Part shown: positions 1 to 13,004 of the stretch, piece after piece | Layout: every line of letters starts with the position of its first letter | How positions within the stretch are numbered: position 1 is the stretch's first letter | Assembly (NCBI GenBank): GCA_951406725.2 | Contig: OX597828.1 | Span: 31,434,001-31,498,000, forward strand | Direction: 5' to 3' | Source of the DNA: Octopus vulgaris | Taxonomy: Eukaryota | DNA length: 64,000 nt | Position numbers and translations under genes: made by a program | Notes under the pieces: generated by a model | What the model saw: the letters and a program-made list of their open reading frames with translations, nothing else | What the model was told of the DNA's origin: nothing | The model's database searches: none

Positions 1-489
1 AAGGGAATAAAATAAGAGGTACAACATAAATTCAAATCCGTAAGCGCATGAAGAAATTTATGTAGCCGATGTCGAGGACTCCTATCGCCCCGGACTGCGC
101 ATCGCTTTTGCAGACATGTGCTCCTCTTTGTTGAATTATACTGCAACAGCTACTTTAATTGTGAATCCTGTGATGAAAGGTGACATAACTCTAAATTTCT
201 TTCATTTGTCCCTTACTTTTTTCTGTTTCTATTCTCCTTTGTATTCTATTCCAGAAGTAAGATTGCTTTAAGGTCCGTTACAACAACGGGCCTAACCACG
301 TGTGTGTTAATAGCAACAAACTATTAGTAGCTTCTATTTTAATGCAGGGTATATTAAATGAGGGGAGAGAGAGAGTTGACGTGGCATTAATTTTATGTAA
401 TAGCGTAGATTTCAGTCATAAACAATTAAATTCCATCAGCATCTGCCTGCTTATCCTAACTCCATTTAGTAATACGTTAGAAATCACAG

Positions 490-1320
490 CTGGATGATAC
501 GGACATTTTTCTGAACTTCTAAACTACGAGTCGAGTGGTGATACAGTAATTATCAGTATTCTTCAAAGAAATGCCATCAGCAATTTCGAATCTTCACACT
601 CAATATACTAGAATAGCAATGCTGGTTAAGCATTTGGTAAAATTAGTATCCATGCTGAGAGCTTGCGATTTGCGATGGTAGCACCACACATAATTTTCAC
701 GGGGTTCTTTTGTAGTCTGGTGGTATGGTGCTATTCCGAACGTATGAAAGGATACAATTATCCTTAAAGAAAATTGAGTTAGATTAAAATTTAATCACCA
801 TAGAGGTATTCCTCCACACTCACCAGCAGGAAAACCTCTGGCAAGTACTCATCATCCCAGCCTGATTGTTACCGGAAACTCAACGTTGGAGGTAAAATTG
901 ATAAGTTTTTCATGACAAAAAACATGCAGAAATGCAATGTCAATAATATGGATTTGTTCCCGGATTGGATTGATGTACATACATGCATATATCTCATAAC
1001 CATGTCGCCACCTTTAAGACAATCAATAGTTTTAAAACAGTCAATAAGAGACATTTAAAATCTTTGGCCGATTTTGTATGTAAATGAAGGAGGATTATTA
1101 TATTAAGTACAGCATACATTGTTTCATAGTAAGCCACACGAACACATATAATATGATTTCCAGGAGGTGTCGTCTCTGCTCTGAGGAATCCCTGTCTATT
1201 CTGTGGAACAATGGGGAGACTATTAATAGAATTTCTGAAAGGATCAAGATGCCTAAACGCATATAAATGTACTTTCGCACAATGTAGTGGGAATGAATTT
1301 GCGTAGGTGTTAACATAATT
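490..1320 (+). mobile_element. Highly decayed RTE-clade LINE reverse transcriptase fragment
   Basis: Frame-hopping translation gives RTE-like remnants in the expected order: GHFSELLN, IHAE, VWWYGAIPNV*KDTII, HHRGI...AGKPLA, FKTVNKR. Many stops and frameshifts. Confidence 0.55.
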
Positions 1321-1383
1321 TACTTTAAGGTATTGATGAATTTAGTTTAGTTTAGTTTTAGCCTCTCAATTCTTATAAATACA

Positions 1384-1613
1384 TATTTCTTTACTACCCA
1401 CAAGGGGCTAAACACAGAGAGGATAAACAAGGACAGACAAACGGCTTAAGTCGATTGCATCGACCCCAGTGCGTAAATGGTACTTAATTTATCGACCCCG
1501 AAAGGATGAAAGGCAAAGCCGACCTCGGCGGAATTCGAACTCAGAACGTAACGGTAGACGAAATACGGCTACGCATTTCGTCCAGCGTGCTAACGTTTCT
1601 GCCAGCTCCCGCC
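1384..1613 (-). mobile_element. tRNA-derived SINE, family A (central GCCTTTCATCCTTTCGGGGTCGATAAA domain, Deu/Nin-like)
   Basis: Minus strand: GGCGGGAGCTGGCAGAAACGTTAGC (A-box-like), GAGTTCGAATTCC (B box), conserved central domain. Many copies in the window. TATAAATAC on both sides (1374-1382, 1618-1626) is a probable TSD. Confidence 0.9.
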
Positions 1614-1844
1614 ATACTATAAATACCAAGTAGCTAGCTATTTAACTCGATTTGTGATTGTGAGAGCACCAAACCACACGTCTTCGTGTGCTTACGTTTT
1701 CGCGGATGTTTCTATGGGCGAGTGTACACGCGCCATGCTGATTGCGCGTAGGTATTCATGCATCATTATTTGTCAACCGTTATTTTTAATACATTATCCG
1801 TTTGTTTTTTGCATCTTGATTTTATTTTTGATCTTCTATGTTAA

Positions 1845-2160
1845 CCCCTTACCCGGCAGAAACGAATATATGTGTTTTGACCGAAATCGTTTTATTCTAT
1901 CTCTGGCGAGTTGACTCGTCAAAAGATAGACTCGCCAAAATCGACAGCAAACGAGTTCCTTCGTCTATTATCAACTCTTTTTTGACACTGGTTTCTGCCC
2001 AAAGCGGTAATTTAAAATCAATATTATTGAATTAAAATTCATAATAAATAAGGTTTGAAATATACCTCGAAATCACCATTCAAAACATAGTAAAATAAAA
2101 CAATTAAAAAATATGTCTGTTAAAATACATTTATTTTCAAAATAATTGTTGGGTAAGGGG
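1845..2160. mobile_element. piggyBac-type MITE
   Basis: TTAA at 1841-1844 and 2161-2164 flanks perfect terminal inverted repeats CCCCTTACCC / GGGTAAGGGG. Interior is non-coding. Confidence 0.7.
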
Positions 2161-2423
2161 TTAAAGAAGATATTTCTTTGGAGCTGCTGCTTTTCTTTCG
2201 ACGAAATGAGATTATATTTTTGCGGAACTGTTATTTTAATGAGTCTCGTTAATTTATCACCCGATGAGAAACAACTGCACGGCTGGATGTTACTGAAGCA
2301 GATGTTGAGTGTCCCTCCTTAGAGTGATTGATGCTGAATACGTCGAAAAAATTGTGATTAGTAATAAATCCTCGTATATTCCATATTCCGTCTTTCATTA
2401 TATACACACACACATATATATAC

Positions 2424-2472
<49 letters not shown>

Positions 2473-3077
2473 CATGTATGTATATATATGTGTGTGTAGG
2501 CATGTATGTATATATATTGTATATATTTGCTTATATATATTTATATAAATACAAGAAATAAGATTTATCGCATTTCTGTCACGGGAGGTATGCCCTTCTG
2601 GCAAATTCCAGGCCTCTGACTGCCGATAATCCGGATATATCATCCTAGCATCAGCTCCTACTTTGCATCACCTGCACCCGGGTCACCGCTACCAAATAAA
2701 CCCAGGGGCAGGACCGCCATTTACCAGTCGCAAATGTTTACCAACCCGCAGCGCATACCAACAAACAATACATACAAATGCTTGTTTTGCGTATGTATAC
2801 TTGCGCACGCGCATGCGTATTTGCGCACACACTGGTATGCATGTGTATATGCATGCGAATATACATATGTACATATAAATGAATACGCATGTGTGTGCAT
2901 GTGTGCATATGCCTGGGTATATGTGTTCGTGATTGTGTGTGTGTGTGCAGACGTGCCCATGCGCGCCCATATACAGATACGCACACTCGCATCAATCTAT
3001 ATATATGCACATAATACATACAAGCACATGTGTGTGTGCTTTGTATGTGCGTGTGTGTGTCAAGACACATATATATC

Positions 3078-3109
<32 letters not shown>

Positions 3110-3149
3110 GTGTGTGTGTATTCTTTTATTTATTCTTCTATCTAATTTA

Positions 3150-3539
<390 letters not shown>

Positions 3540-4293
3540 ATATGTATATCCATAATGCTGACACTCAAATATATTGTATATAACACCGCGAGAGTTTATG
3601 TGTGTGTGTGTGCTATTCTGTTTTCGAGCCCCGTTGCAATAATTGAATACCTTTCTATAAACATTGCTATCTCTACGAGAGACACTGGGCTAAGTTATAC
3701 CGACTACTGCAAATACACACAGTCTCTGTTGCCTGAGAAAAGATATTTCAAATCTTTGCTATCAGCTTATCATTAGAATGTAAGTAATTGATTTTTCATT
3801 ACTTAGACTTGTGTGAAAATGTCACTGCTGAAATGATTTTGAAATTCAATTATCTCACAAACTTGTTTTTGATGATTATTACAATGTTTTTATTATCACA
3901 ATAGAGATTAGTTATTAGAATCACAGTTACTGGTATCGATTATTTAGTATTACAACGATTTGCAGGACCAAAATCCTTTCTAGGAATTCAACTAAAAGGT
4001 ATATGTTTATTAATGCCAATACACAGAATATGCTTAGCAAAATCATACATTAACCACTACACGACTGCTGTAACAGCTTTTGTGTTCATAAGGAAGGGTA
4101 GCTAGCTACCAAGACGTGAGATTTTATTCTGATATCAGAGTTTGACTGATGTAATGAGGATCTCCTTTATGAAATTTTAGGGTACTTCTGACTATAAACG
4201 TGTTGCCACTAGCATTAACCATGTATGGATGTGAGTGTATATACATGCAAACACGCACAGGTATACACTCATATGCATGTATATATATATATA

Positions 4294-5330
4294 TTAGTTT
4301 GGTAAGTCAGTTCCCGCTGTTTGTTAAGCTGAATTATATTTTGAAGGTTTAATAAAAAATAACAACAAATTAATCAATAATGTATCCGCCATGTGTTTAA
4401 AACTTCTTCCCAACGTTCAACAAGATTTTAATACCTAGTTGGTAGATATCACCCGATTTCGACTCGAAAAATGGATTAAACCAAGGTCTAAATTCTGCAT
4501 CAATATTGAACGAAACTCCGCGCATAGCATTTGAAAGAGATGGAAAGTGGAAATCCGTTGGTGCCGAATCAGGAACGTACGTGGGTGCGGTAGCACTTCC
4601 CAGCCATGCGTTTGAAGGATTCCTTGGCCATATTGGCGATATGAGGACGGGCCTAACATTCAGCAGAACAACTCCTTGCTGGCTATGAGGACTTTTCTCT
4701 TGAATAGCTGCGTTGAGTCGTTCCATCAGTTGAGCATAGATTTCTGCGTTGAGCCTTTGGTTCCGTTGAAGCAATCCGTAGTGGATGATTCTTTCCCAGT
4801 CCCACCATACGCACAACATCGTTTTATGTGAATTAAGGTCTTGCTTCACGTGCGGTGTCGCTTGTTTACCGGGGTGAAGCCATTTCTTACGCTGCTTCCT
4901 ATAGATGTACAGACACCCTTTTTCGTCGGCAGTAACGATTCGGTAAAGAAATCGTTGCTTGTGTCCATGATTTGAGCGGTGATGAACAAGCAAACCAGCG
5001 GATGTTGTGGCTCGATGATTTTTGTTGTCGCCACTTAAAGCATGCGGAACACATGTTCCATAATTCTAAACCTTTCCCATCGAATGAAGATGCTTCTCTA
5101 TAACAGTGTATGAGCATTCCATTTCCTCTGCCAGTTCTCTTGTCGTTTAAAGAAAATATTCCTGCAAACAAAGTGCATCTTTGAGGTCAAAATTTCAAAA
5201 GAAAGAGGTTTCGAAAATGCTCATTTGTCTTAAATTGTCTTTCCATTTTTAATGATCTAAAAATAAGCAAAATTTAACTAAAATTAACTAGAAAGAAAAC
5301 AAAATAGATTCCAAAATTTAAAAAACGCAA
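4294..5330 (-). mobile_element. Mariner (DD34D) transposon relic with transposase pseudogene (about 5246 to 4370)
   Basis: MERQFKTNEHFR start, IVTADEK, MLCVWWDWE..IIHYGLL, GWEVLPHP, PDSAPTDFHF, GGYIID* end. Frameshifts present and the HDNA motif is lost. One TIR-like end at 4294. Confidence 0.93.
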
Positions 5331-5353
5331 TAATTCATATTATTCATATATCT

Positions 5354-5401
<48 letters not shown>

Positions 5402-5690
5402 TTATAATAATGGGTTAATTGCAACAACTTGCTCAAAATCACATACCGAAAATATTAGAAATAGCAGACAAACATATCACTATATCTCCTACTAATATTA
5501 GTAAGAGAAATAGTGATCTATTTGGTTGCTATTTCTAATATTTTCGATATGTGGTTTTGAGCAACTTGTTGCAAGTAACCCTTTATTATAATTAATATAA
5601 TTCTTACCAAATATGGTCTTTTCCATACCGAAAAATCTACTTGGTGAAATTTATTAATTTTATTAAATTAATTATATTTAACCCTTTTTT
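5402..5690 (+). mobile_element. Spacerless fold-back element (190-bp imperfect palindrome plus tail), same family as 51482-51928
   Basis: 5402-5496 is the reverse complement of 5497-5591 (centre TACTAAT|ATTAGTA). Arm and tail align to the element at 51482. Flanked by (TA)n. Confidence 0.85.
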
Positions 5691-5708
5691 GTATATATAT
5701 ATATATTC

Positions 5709-5744
<36 letters not shown>

Positions 5745-5821
5745 ATGTGTGTGTGTGTATTATTCATATGATATATATATATATATATATAATATAAATA
5801 ATATATATGTGCATCTATACA

Positions 5822-5972
5822 TACGTATAACGTCATGAAACGTGTACAACAAAATACGAAGTACGAGTACGCGGAATATAAACTATTTTACGAATGGAAA
5901 GCAAAACAAACAAGGAACGAACCTTCATTAATTGTTGACTGTTTTTCTACTCTCGTATTTCGAGCATTTATG
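5822..5972 (-). repeat. Terminal fragment of unclassified dispersed repeat family D
   Basis: Reverse complement aligns with 12625-12810 (GCTCGAAAT...AAACAG...ATGAAGG.TCGTTC...ATGACGT). Confidence 0.6.
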
Positions 5973-6036
5973 CTTGTATATCAATATATTTATATGTGTG
6001 TGTGCATGTGTATATGCATATACCGATATATACATG

Positions 6037-6129
<93 letters not shown>

Positions 6130-6710
6130 GTATGTATACACTCACCCACATATATATTTATACACGCATGTATACACACACACTCAAGCACACACACATA
6201 TATATATGTATGCACCTAGATATATACATATGCATACATACATATATATATTTATATATTTGTATAAAGATCGTACACAATCGCTTCTCTCTAATTAAAC
6301 CTATCTCAGTTTTCTTTCACAACAATCCACCTGCCAATGTAGGTTTGGCAGGTGAAATATATTGAATGACATTTATCCCAAAGAAACAAAAATGCACATC
6401 ATGCAACACCTTCACCCCTGCTGAAAGATTTTCCACTGCTACTAATATAAACGTTGCTATTTAATGGTATACGTCTATATGCGATGCTATCTCAGGGCAA
6501 TATCGCAATTAATTAGGCTTCCCGTGATGAATCTGTATTAAGAGCTACCGCTATTTTGAACAAATGATATTTGCTACACGTAACGGATATATGTATATAT
6601 TGGTGTGTCTGAGAGTGTCTGTCTTTGTGTATGTGTGTATGCATGTGCGTGTGTGCATGTGAGTGCGTTTTTTTTATGTATGTGTTTGTGTGCGTGTGTG
6701 TATATATATA

Positions 6711-7069
6711 AACCACAGTACTCATTAAAGTGTTAACCCGCTAGAAATAAGAGTTAAAACACTCATTTGAACGAGGAAAAAAATTAACACTGAAAGTAAC
6801 AGATTCAAAAGTATACGGGCGAGCGAACAGAAAACAATCTCTCACATACCTATTTAGCATAACGCTATAATATTTAATGGATAATATATATGTGGACTAG
6901 TTTCTAGTTTGATACACATTTCTTACCTTCTTCAGTAAATTTTAACCCTGTGAAACATCTCCACATTCCGCCACGTTTAAAACTTCTGAATCTCTTACCT
7001 TCAGTGTTACTATTTTGGGGTGGTCCAAATGAGGGTTTTAACTCTTATTTTAGCGGGTAGACACTTTAA
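6711..7069 (-). mobile_element. Fold-back element with about 88-bp inverted arms and a hammerhead motif in the spacer
   Basis: 6725-6812 and 6982-7069 are inverted copies (about 80-85% by eye). The spacer holds CTGAAGA...GAAA-CTAG-TC on the minus strand. Confidence 0.8.
6890..6941 (-). ncRNA. Minimal type I hammerhead motif, partly decayed
   Basis: CTGAAGA (6935-6929), 24-nt stem II region, GAAA (6904-6901), palindromic ACTAGT stem III, GUC triplet. Stems I and II pair poorly. Confidence 0.55.
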
Positions 7070-7133
7070 CGTGTCTAGATACACATAGATAGATAGATTA
7101 GATAAGGAGAGAGAGAGATAAACAGCTCGCTAG

Positions 7134-7269
<136 letters not shown>

Positions 7270-8833
7270 GGCTAAGAAAGAGGATAAAATGCATTTGATA
7301 ATAGGTTTGTTTCAATGAATTTCTGAATGTGGTCTCCTCCAAGTATAATTATTGTTGCAACCACTGTGGAGTGGATGATTTAGATGGATGATCTCTGGGC
7401 AGGTAGATGGATGTAAGCAATCATATCAATTGGAGCTGGCTATTACAAAATGATAGGCGGATATAAACAATCGTGCTTGTGTGTGCGTGTGTGTGCAAAA
7501 AATAAGGACTCTCATGGGGTAAGCTTATGAATGATAATAAAATGTTTCTTCAAACATTAATAAAATGCGCTACACACACGCAAATATCTCTCCACACACT
7601 CACACGATTGCTTATATCCGTCTACCAATTAGTTATATCCATCCCCCAATTGGTACGATTCCTTAAATCTATCTCCTTCCCAGAGATCATCTATCGAAAT
7701 CTAGGGGTCGCAACAATAGTTGTACCTGGTATGATTATAAAATGCGTCTTCAAATGTCTCCCGTACGTTATACTGCTAAACCTTTACATAATACTGCACA
7801 AATTAGGAACCAGCAAACAACCTTTCAATCATGTTGTTTCATTTTTCATTGTACAACCAATTTGTGGATTGGTCCAACGATGTTTAACCAAAAGGTAGAT
7901 GGATATATGCAAGCGATTTGCGAAAAATAAAAGGCCAAAAGCCGAAGGTGTGCGACTAGTTGTCTGTCCGTTCTTCCAATAAATATTCAGGCGTTAGTAC
8001 TGACTCGATAAAATAATAGGCGTAGACGCAAACAAATATATTCCTGCGCGTGTGTATATACGTGCGTGCGAATGTAAGTTTATACAACTCTAAATAGAGG
8101 GAATAGCAATTGATCTTCGGTGGTTAACTGATGTTTCTCCTCTTACGAATTAAATCTGTCTCGCTGAGTCACTGGGATATTATAAGAATGTTACAGGAAA
8201 ACTAATTAATGAAATAAATCATGTGTATAGCTCGTAATATATACAGTGTTTTCTTGGTTGAGAGAGGACACAATGAAATATTTAAATCAAATACAAACAG
8301 GGTACACACAAAAACCCAAGGCAAATTCCCGCTACTGTTATGAAATGTTAACTTGGCATTTCGATTTCATCCTAATACTACACCCTAAATTTCCCTTCCA
8401 CTTATTACTGTTTCAGACTTACTTTATGAGAACGCTTCGTTTTCTTTAATTTCAATAGAAAGATTACAAAATGTCGCTTCAAATATCTGCCGTACGGTGT
8501 ACTGCTAAATCTTGAATGAATGTTGTAAGTATTAGGAATCGGCAAACATCCTGTCAATCATATTTTGTCTTTTGCATTGTTTAGCCAATATTGCAGTCAC
8601 TTTATGACATATTTCGGAAGTTGTGTATTAATCTTATCCTGTTCATGACTTCCCTATAAAGACAAACTATCTGAATATATCATTACAGCATATGTAGATA
8701 TTTATACATACATTTTGACCATATTAACATAAATATATAGATACATTGATGCATACACACATACACACACACACATACATTCAAGCATGTTCACATAGAC
8801 ACATACACAGATACATACGTATATATATATATC

Positions 8834-8921
8834 TGCTGCAATTTTTGCAACTTGTAATAAAGCCTGTCTTTGTATGAAACAATTGTACTAAAAAATAAAC
8901 CATTCTTGTTGCTTCTTTCTC

Positions 8922-8922
<1 letters not shown>
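8834..8922. mobile_element. Solo arm of the palindromic family at 49305-49526
   Basis: Aligns to 49437-49525 (about 90%) and lies between two (TA)n tracts. Confidence 0.85.
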
Positions 8923-8980
<58 letters not shown>

Positions 8981-9491
8981 CATGCTTACATGTATACATA
9001 AACATACATGCATACGCACAGACACACACATATAAACATTAAAATTATTTGCTGGAAAAGAAAAAAAAAATCCTCAACATATTGACCGTTTCATAGAAAC
9101 GTTGCATAAGTTCCACCTGGTACAGTTAAAAGCGTTTAGCGCAGGTTAGCGTTGTTGCAATTAGCAACTTGAAAGCTAAGCAGTTAAAAGATATCAATAT
9201 ACTGTATCTGCTTTTGCATCTATGTTAAAAAAGCATGTATATTTCAAATTAGACGTAGCATTACTCTAATTTTTATACTAATTATACATATAGATTCTGG
9301 CTGATTCATAAATGCAAAAATGTCATATCTAGTTACGAGTAATATCCACTTCTGAGAACATATTGAAGAACGTTTCTGAACAGCTTCATTAATTTTTATT
9401 TGTAGAATATGCATTGATTTACATTAATTCTTGTGAATTTATAATAAACGTCAATTACGTACCTCGTGCAGCTGTTTATTCTTTGTAACAT

Positions 9492-9881
9492 GGATGGATG
9501 GAAGCACTCCGTCGGTTACGACGACGAGGGTTCCGGTTGATCCGAATCAACGGAACAGCCTGCTCGTGAAATTAACGTGTAAGTGGCTGAGCACTCCACA
9601 GACACGTGTACCCTTAACGTAGTTCTCGGGGATATTCAGCGTGACACAGAGAGTGACAAGGCCGGCCCTTTGAAATACAGGTACAACAGAAACAGGAAGT
9701 AAGAGTGAGAGAAAGTTGTGGTGAAAGAGTACAGCAGGGATCACCACCATCCCCTGCCGGAGCCGCGTGGAGCTTTAGGTGTTTTCGCTCAATAAACACT
9801 CACAACGCCCGGTCTGGGAATCGAAACCGCGATCCTATGACTGCAAGTTTGCTGCCGTAACCACTGGGCCATTGCGCCTCC
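9492..9881 (-). mobile_element. tRNA-derived SINE, family C, full length
   Basis: GGCGCAATGGCCCAGTGGTTA (A box), GGTTTCGATTCCC (B box), (CCAT)n tail, TSD TCTTTGTAA (9480-9488, 9882-9890). Homologs at 14224 and 59073. Confidence 0.93.
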
Positions 9882-9907
9882 TCTTTGTAATATATAATAT
9901 ATTCGAA

Positions 9908-10888
9908 GGCGGTGAGCTGGCAGCTCCGTTAGCACGCCGGGCGAAATGCTAAGCGGTATTTCGTCTGACGCTACGTTCTGACTTTACCTTTCATCCTTTC
10001 GGTGTCGATTAAATAAGTTCCAGTTACGCACTGGGATCGATATAATCGACTTAATACGTTTGTCTGTCCTTGTTTGTCCTCTCTGTGTTTAGCACCTTGT
10101 GGGTAGTAAAGAAATAGGTATTCGGCTGCCGCTACGTTCTGAGTTTAAATTCCGCCAAGGTTGACTTTGCCTTTCATCCTTTCGGGGTCGATTAAATAAG
10201 TACCAGTTACGCACTGGGATCGATATAATCGACTTAACCAGTCTGTCTGTCCTTGTTTGTCCTCTCTGTGTTTAGCCCCTTCTGGGTAGTAAAGAAATAG
10301 GTATTTTGTCTGCCGCTACGTTCTGAGTTCAAATTCCGCCGAGGTCGACGTTGCCTTTAATCCTTTCGGTGTCGATTAAATAAGTACCAGTTATGCACTG
10401 GGATCGATATAATCGACTTAACCCGTCTGTCTGTTCTTGTTTGTCCTCTCTGTGTTTAGCCCCTTCTGGGTAGTAAAGAAATAGGTATTTTGTCTGCCGC
10501 TACGTTCTGATTTCAAATTCCGCTGAGGTCGACTTTACCTTTCATCCTTTCGGTGTCGATTAAATAAGTACCAGTTTCGCACTGGGATCGATATAATCGG
10601 CTTAATCCGTTTGTTTGTCCTTGTTTGTCCTCTCTGTGTTTAGCACCTTGTGGGTAGTAAAGAAATAGGTATTCGTCTGCAGTTACGTTCTGAGTTCAAA
10701 TTCTGCCGAAGCCGACATTGCCTTTCATCCTTATGGGATCGATAAATTAAGTCACTCTATTCGACTGGCCCCCTTCGGGCCTTGTGCCTAGTGTAGTAAA
10801 GAATATTAAGAATGCGGCTAGCTGGCATAATCGTTAGTGGTATTTTGTCTGTCTTCACGTTCTGAGTTTAAATTCCGCTGAGGTCGAC
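9908..10888 (+). mobile_element. Head-to-tail tandem array of SINE family A (period 183-184 bp)
   Basis: One complete head at 9908. Later units restart at GGTATT(T)(C/T)G at 10117, 10300, 10484 and 10668. A further partial head lies at about 10815-10888. Confidence 0.95.
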
Positions 10889-10914
10889 GCGCGCACACAC
10901 ACACACACGCGCGA

Positions 10915-11036
10915 TCAAGCACATCCACACACATGCGCACACCCAACACCCTGACAAATACTAATCACACACATACACACATACAATCTTACATAAATAC
11001 ACACACACCATCCTACCAAATATAAAACAAAAGCAC

Positions 11037-11083
<47 letters not shown>

Positions 11084-11630
11084 GAGACGTGCACAGACAC
11101 ACACACTCTCACCATTCTGACCTGTAAGACCAGTCCCAAAACCCACTGAACCATGACAGACTAGCCTAGAAACAGAAAACAATCCTCTTGATTTCAAATT
11201 GCTCTTCCTTCCCCCCCCAACCAACCTCCCACACTGTCCCTCAAACTAGCAAACATTCCTTAGCTACCCAGTCAACGAAATGCCAGAAAGACAGATCAAT
11301 TTTCCCTCTACAACTTTTTGTAAATTCTTAAATATATCTCCTTCTGTATATATATATATATATATATATATTCTACCAAATAAACTTGATCTTTATAGAA
11401 CTCATAATACTTTTTGGAGTCCCGTTCTTATTACTTTCTTAAATACTTTCTTGTATACTGTTTTTAACATTTACTTATTATTATTATCAAAGAATGTATA
11501 TATGTATTTTAATACTTTTGTCATAACAGGTACTTAACACAACAAACCTCACACAAACCTTTACATTTTACTTTTGACTATCTTTTTCTAAAAACTTGAA
11601 AAAACGTCTTTAAAATAGTATTTTCAAACC
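10915..11630 (+). repeat. Dispersed repeat family E (CA-rich 5' part plus AT-rich 3' part)
   Basis: Reverse complement aligns with 18800-19380 (CATGGTTCAGTGG.TTT.GGGACTGGTCTTA shared). Confidence 0.7.
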
Positions 11631-11652
11631 TTCTTTCATACACACACACACA

Positions 11653-11684
<32 letters not shown>

Positions 11685-11685
11685 T

Positions 11686-11724
<39 letters not shown>

Positions 11725-12058
11725 CTTTTACTTTTACTTGTTTCAGTCATTTGACTGCGGCCATGCTGGAGCACCGCCTTTAGTCGAGCAAATCGACCCC
11801 GGGACTTATTCTTTGTAAGCCCAGTACTTATTCTTTCGGTCACTTTCGCCGAACCGCTAAGCGACGGGGACTTAAACACACCAGCATCGGTTGTCAAACA
11901 ATGCTAAGGGGACAAACACAGACTTACACACACACACACACATACATATATATATACATATATTTGACAGGCTTCTTTTCAGTTTCCGTCTACCAAATCC
12001 ACTCACAAGGCATTGGTCGGCCCGGGGCTATAGCAGAAGACACATGCCCAAGATGCCA
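11725..12058 (-). mobile_element. tRNA-derived SINE, family B (CORE-like, internal TA/TG microsatellite), 5' truncated
   Basis: Aligns to the copy at 63648 (CTTGGGCA.GTGTCTTCT, CTTAGCGGTTCGGC, AAAGGCGGTGCTCCAGCATGG). Confidence 0.9.
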
Positions 12059-12129
12059 TATATACTTATATACATATATACATATATATATTATTTATAT
12101 TATTATATGATTGAACGCTACGCATCCAT

Positions 12130-12812
12130 TTCAAATAAGTTCATCTTAATAATTCCGATGCGACTCTATCTTGTACTGTTCTCTTTCCCTCTCCCCTTTC
12201 GTTTCCTCTCCTTTTCTCTCATTCTGTTTGTCTCCCCATCTTCTCCTTTGTTTTTTTCTCTCTCCCATCCTTTCTCGAATTCTTTTCCTCTCCCCTTCAC
12301 TGTCCCGTTTCTGTCCCTCTCGCTTTGTCATTCTTCTTCCTTTACTCTCTCGCTTCTCATACATGATCATCGGCCATCTTTCTTTTCCTAAGTTGAGCTT
12401 CTTTCTCTCCTTTTGGTCTGCCATGCAGATCAGACGCATTCTTGTCTGTCGCCTCTCCTATCTTTTCCCCTGTCAAAGCTTCCCCCCTCATCTTGTTATG
12501 ACTTAGCAGCCGTTACTGTTTGTTTTCACTGTCCTGCTTTTGTTACCAACTTTGACTCTCCGCAAATCCCAAATTTTATTTTGCTTCGGGGGAGTAATCT
12601 TTTCCTCGAAGGTACATCTTGTAGTTGCTCGAAATGTGGTGTAGATAAACAGCCGGCAACTGATGAAGGGTCGTTCTTTATATAACTTGTTTTGTTTTCT
12701 ATTTGTTTCATCCGTTATACGCAAAAAATGCTCGTATTCCATGTTTTTGTATTTCGTATTTGATGTTGTTTCGTTCTTCTTGTTGTTTACATTTTATGAC
12801 GTCCAATACCCA
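12130..12812 (+). repeat. Dispersed repeat family D (CT-rich tract plus conserved end)
   Basis: End homologous to 5822-5972 and abuts (TA)n. A compositionally similar purine-rich block lies at about 25000-25540. Confidence 0.5.
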
Positions 12813-12893
12813 TATATGCATATGTATATACATATATATGTAAGTATGTACATATATGTATATTTATATATGCATATATATATATATATATAT

Positions 12894-13004
<111 letters not shown>

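Noticed and set aside
2320-2400. Terminal repeat shared with 20875-20915, with a GTCGAAAAAATTGT hammerhead-like half
   Set aside because: No CUGANGA in either copy. Too decayed to call.
9908-10888. Regularly spaced repeats as a CRISPR array
   Set aside because: The units are contiguous 184-bp SINE copies with no unique spacers, the context is eukaryotic, and there are no cas genes.
12600-12680. GAAA...CTGATGA in repeat family D as a type II hammerhead
   Set aside because: I cannot build stems I and III with a UH site, and the copy at 5822-5972 has TTAATGA.
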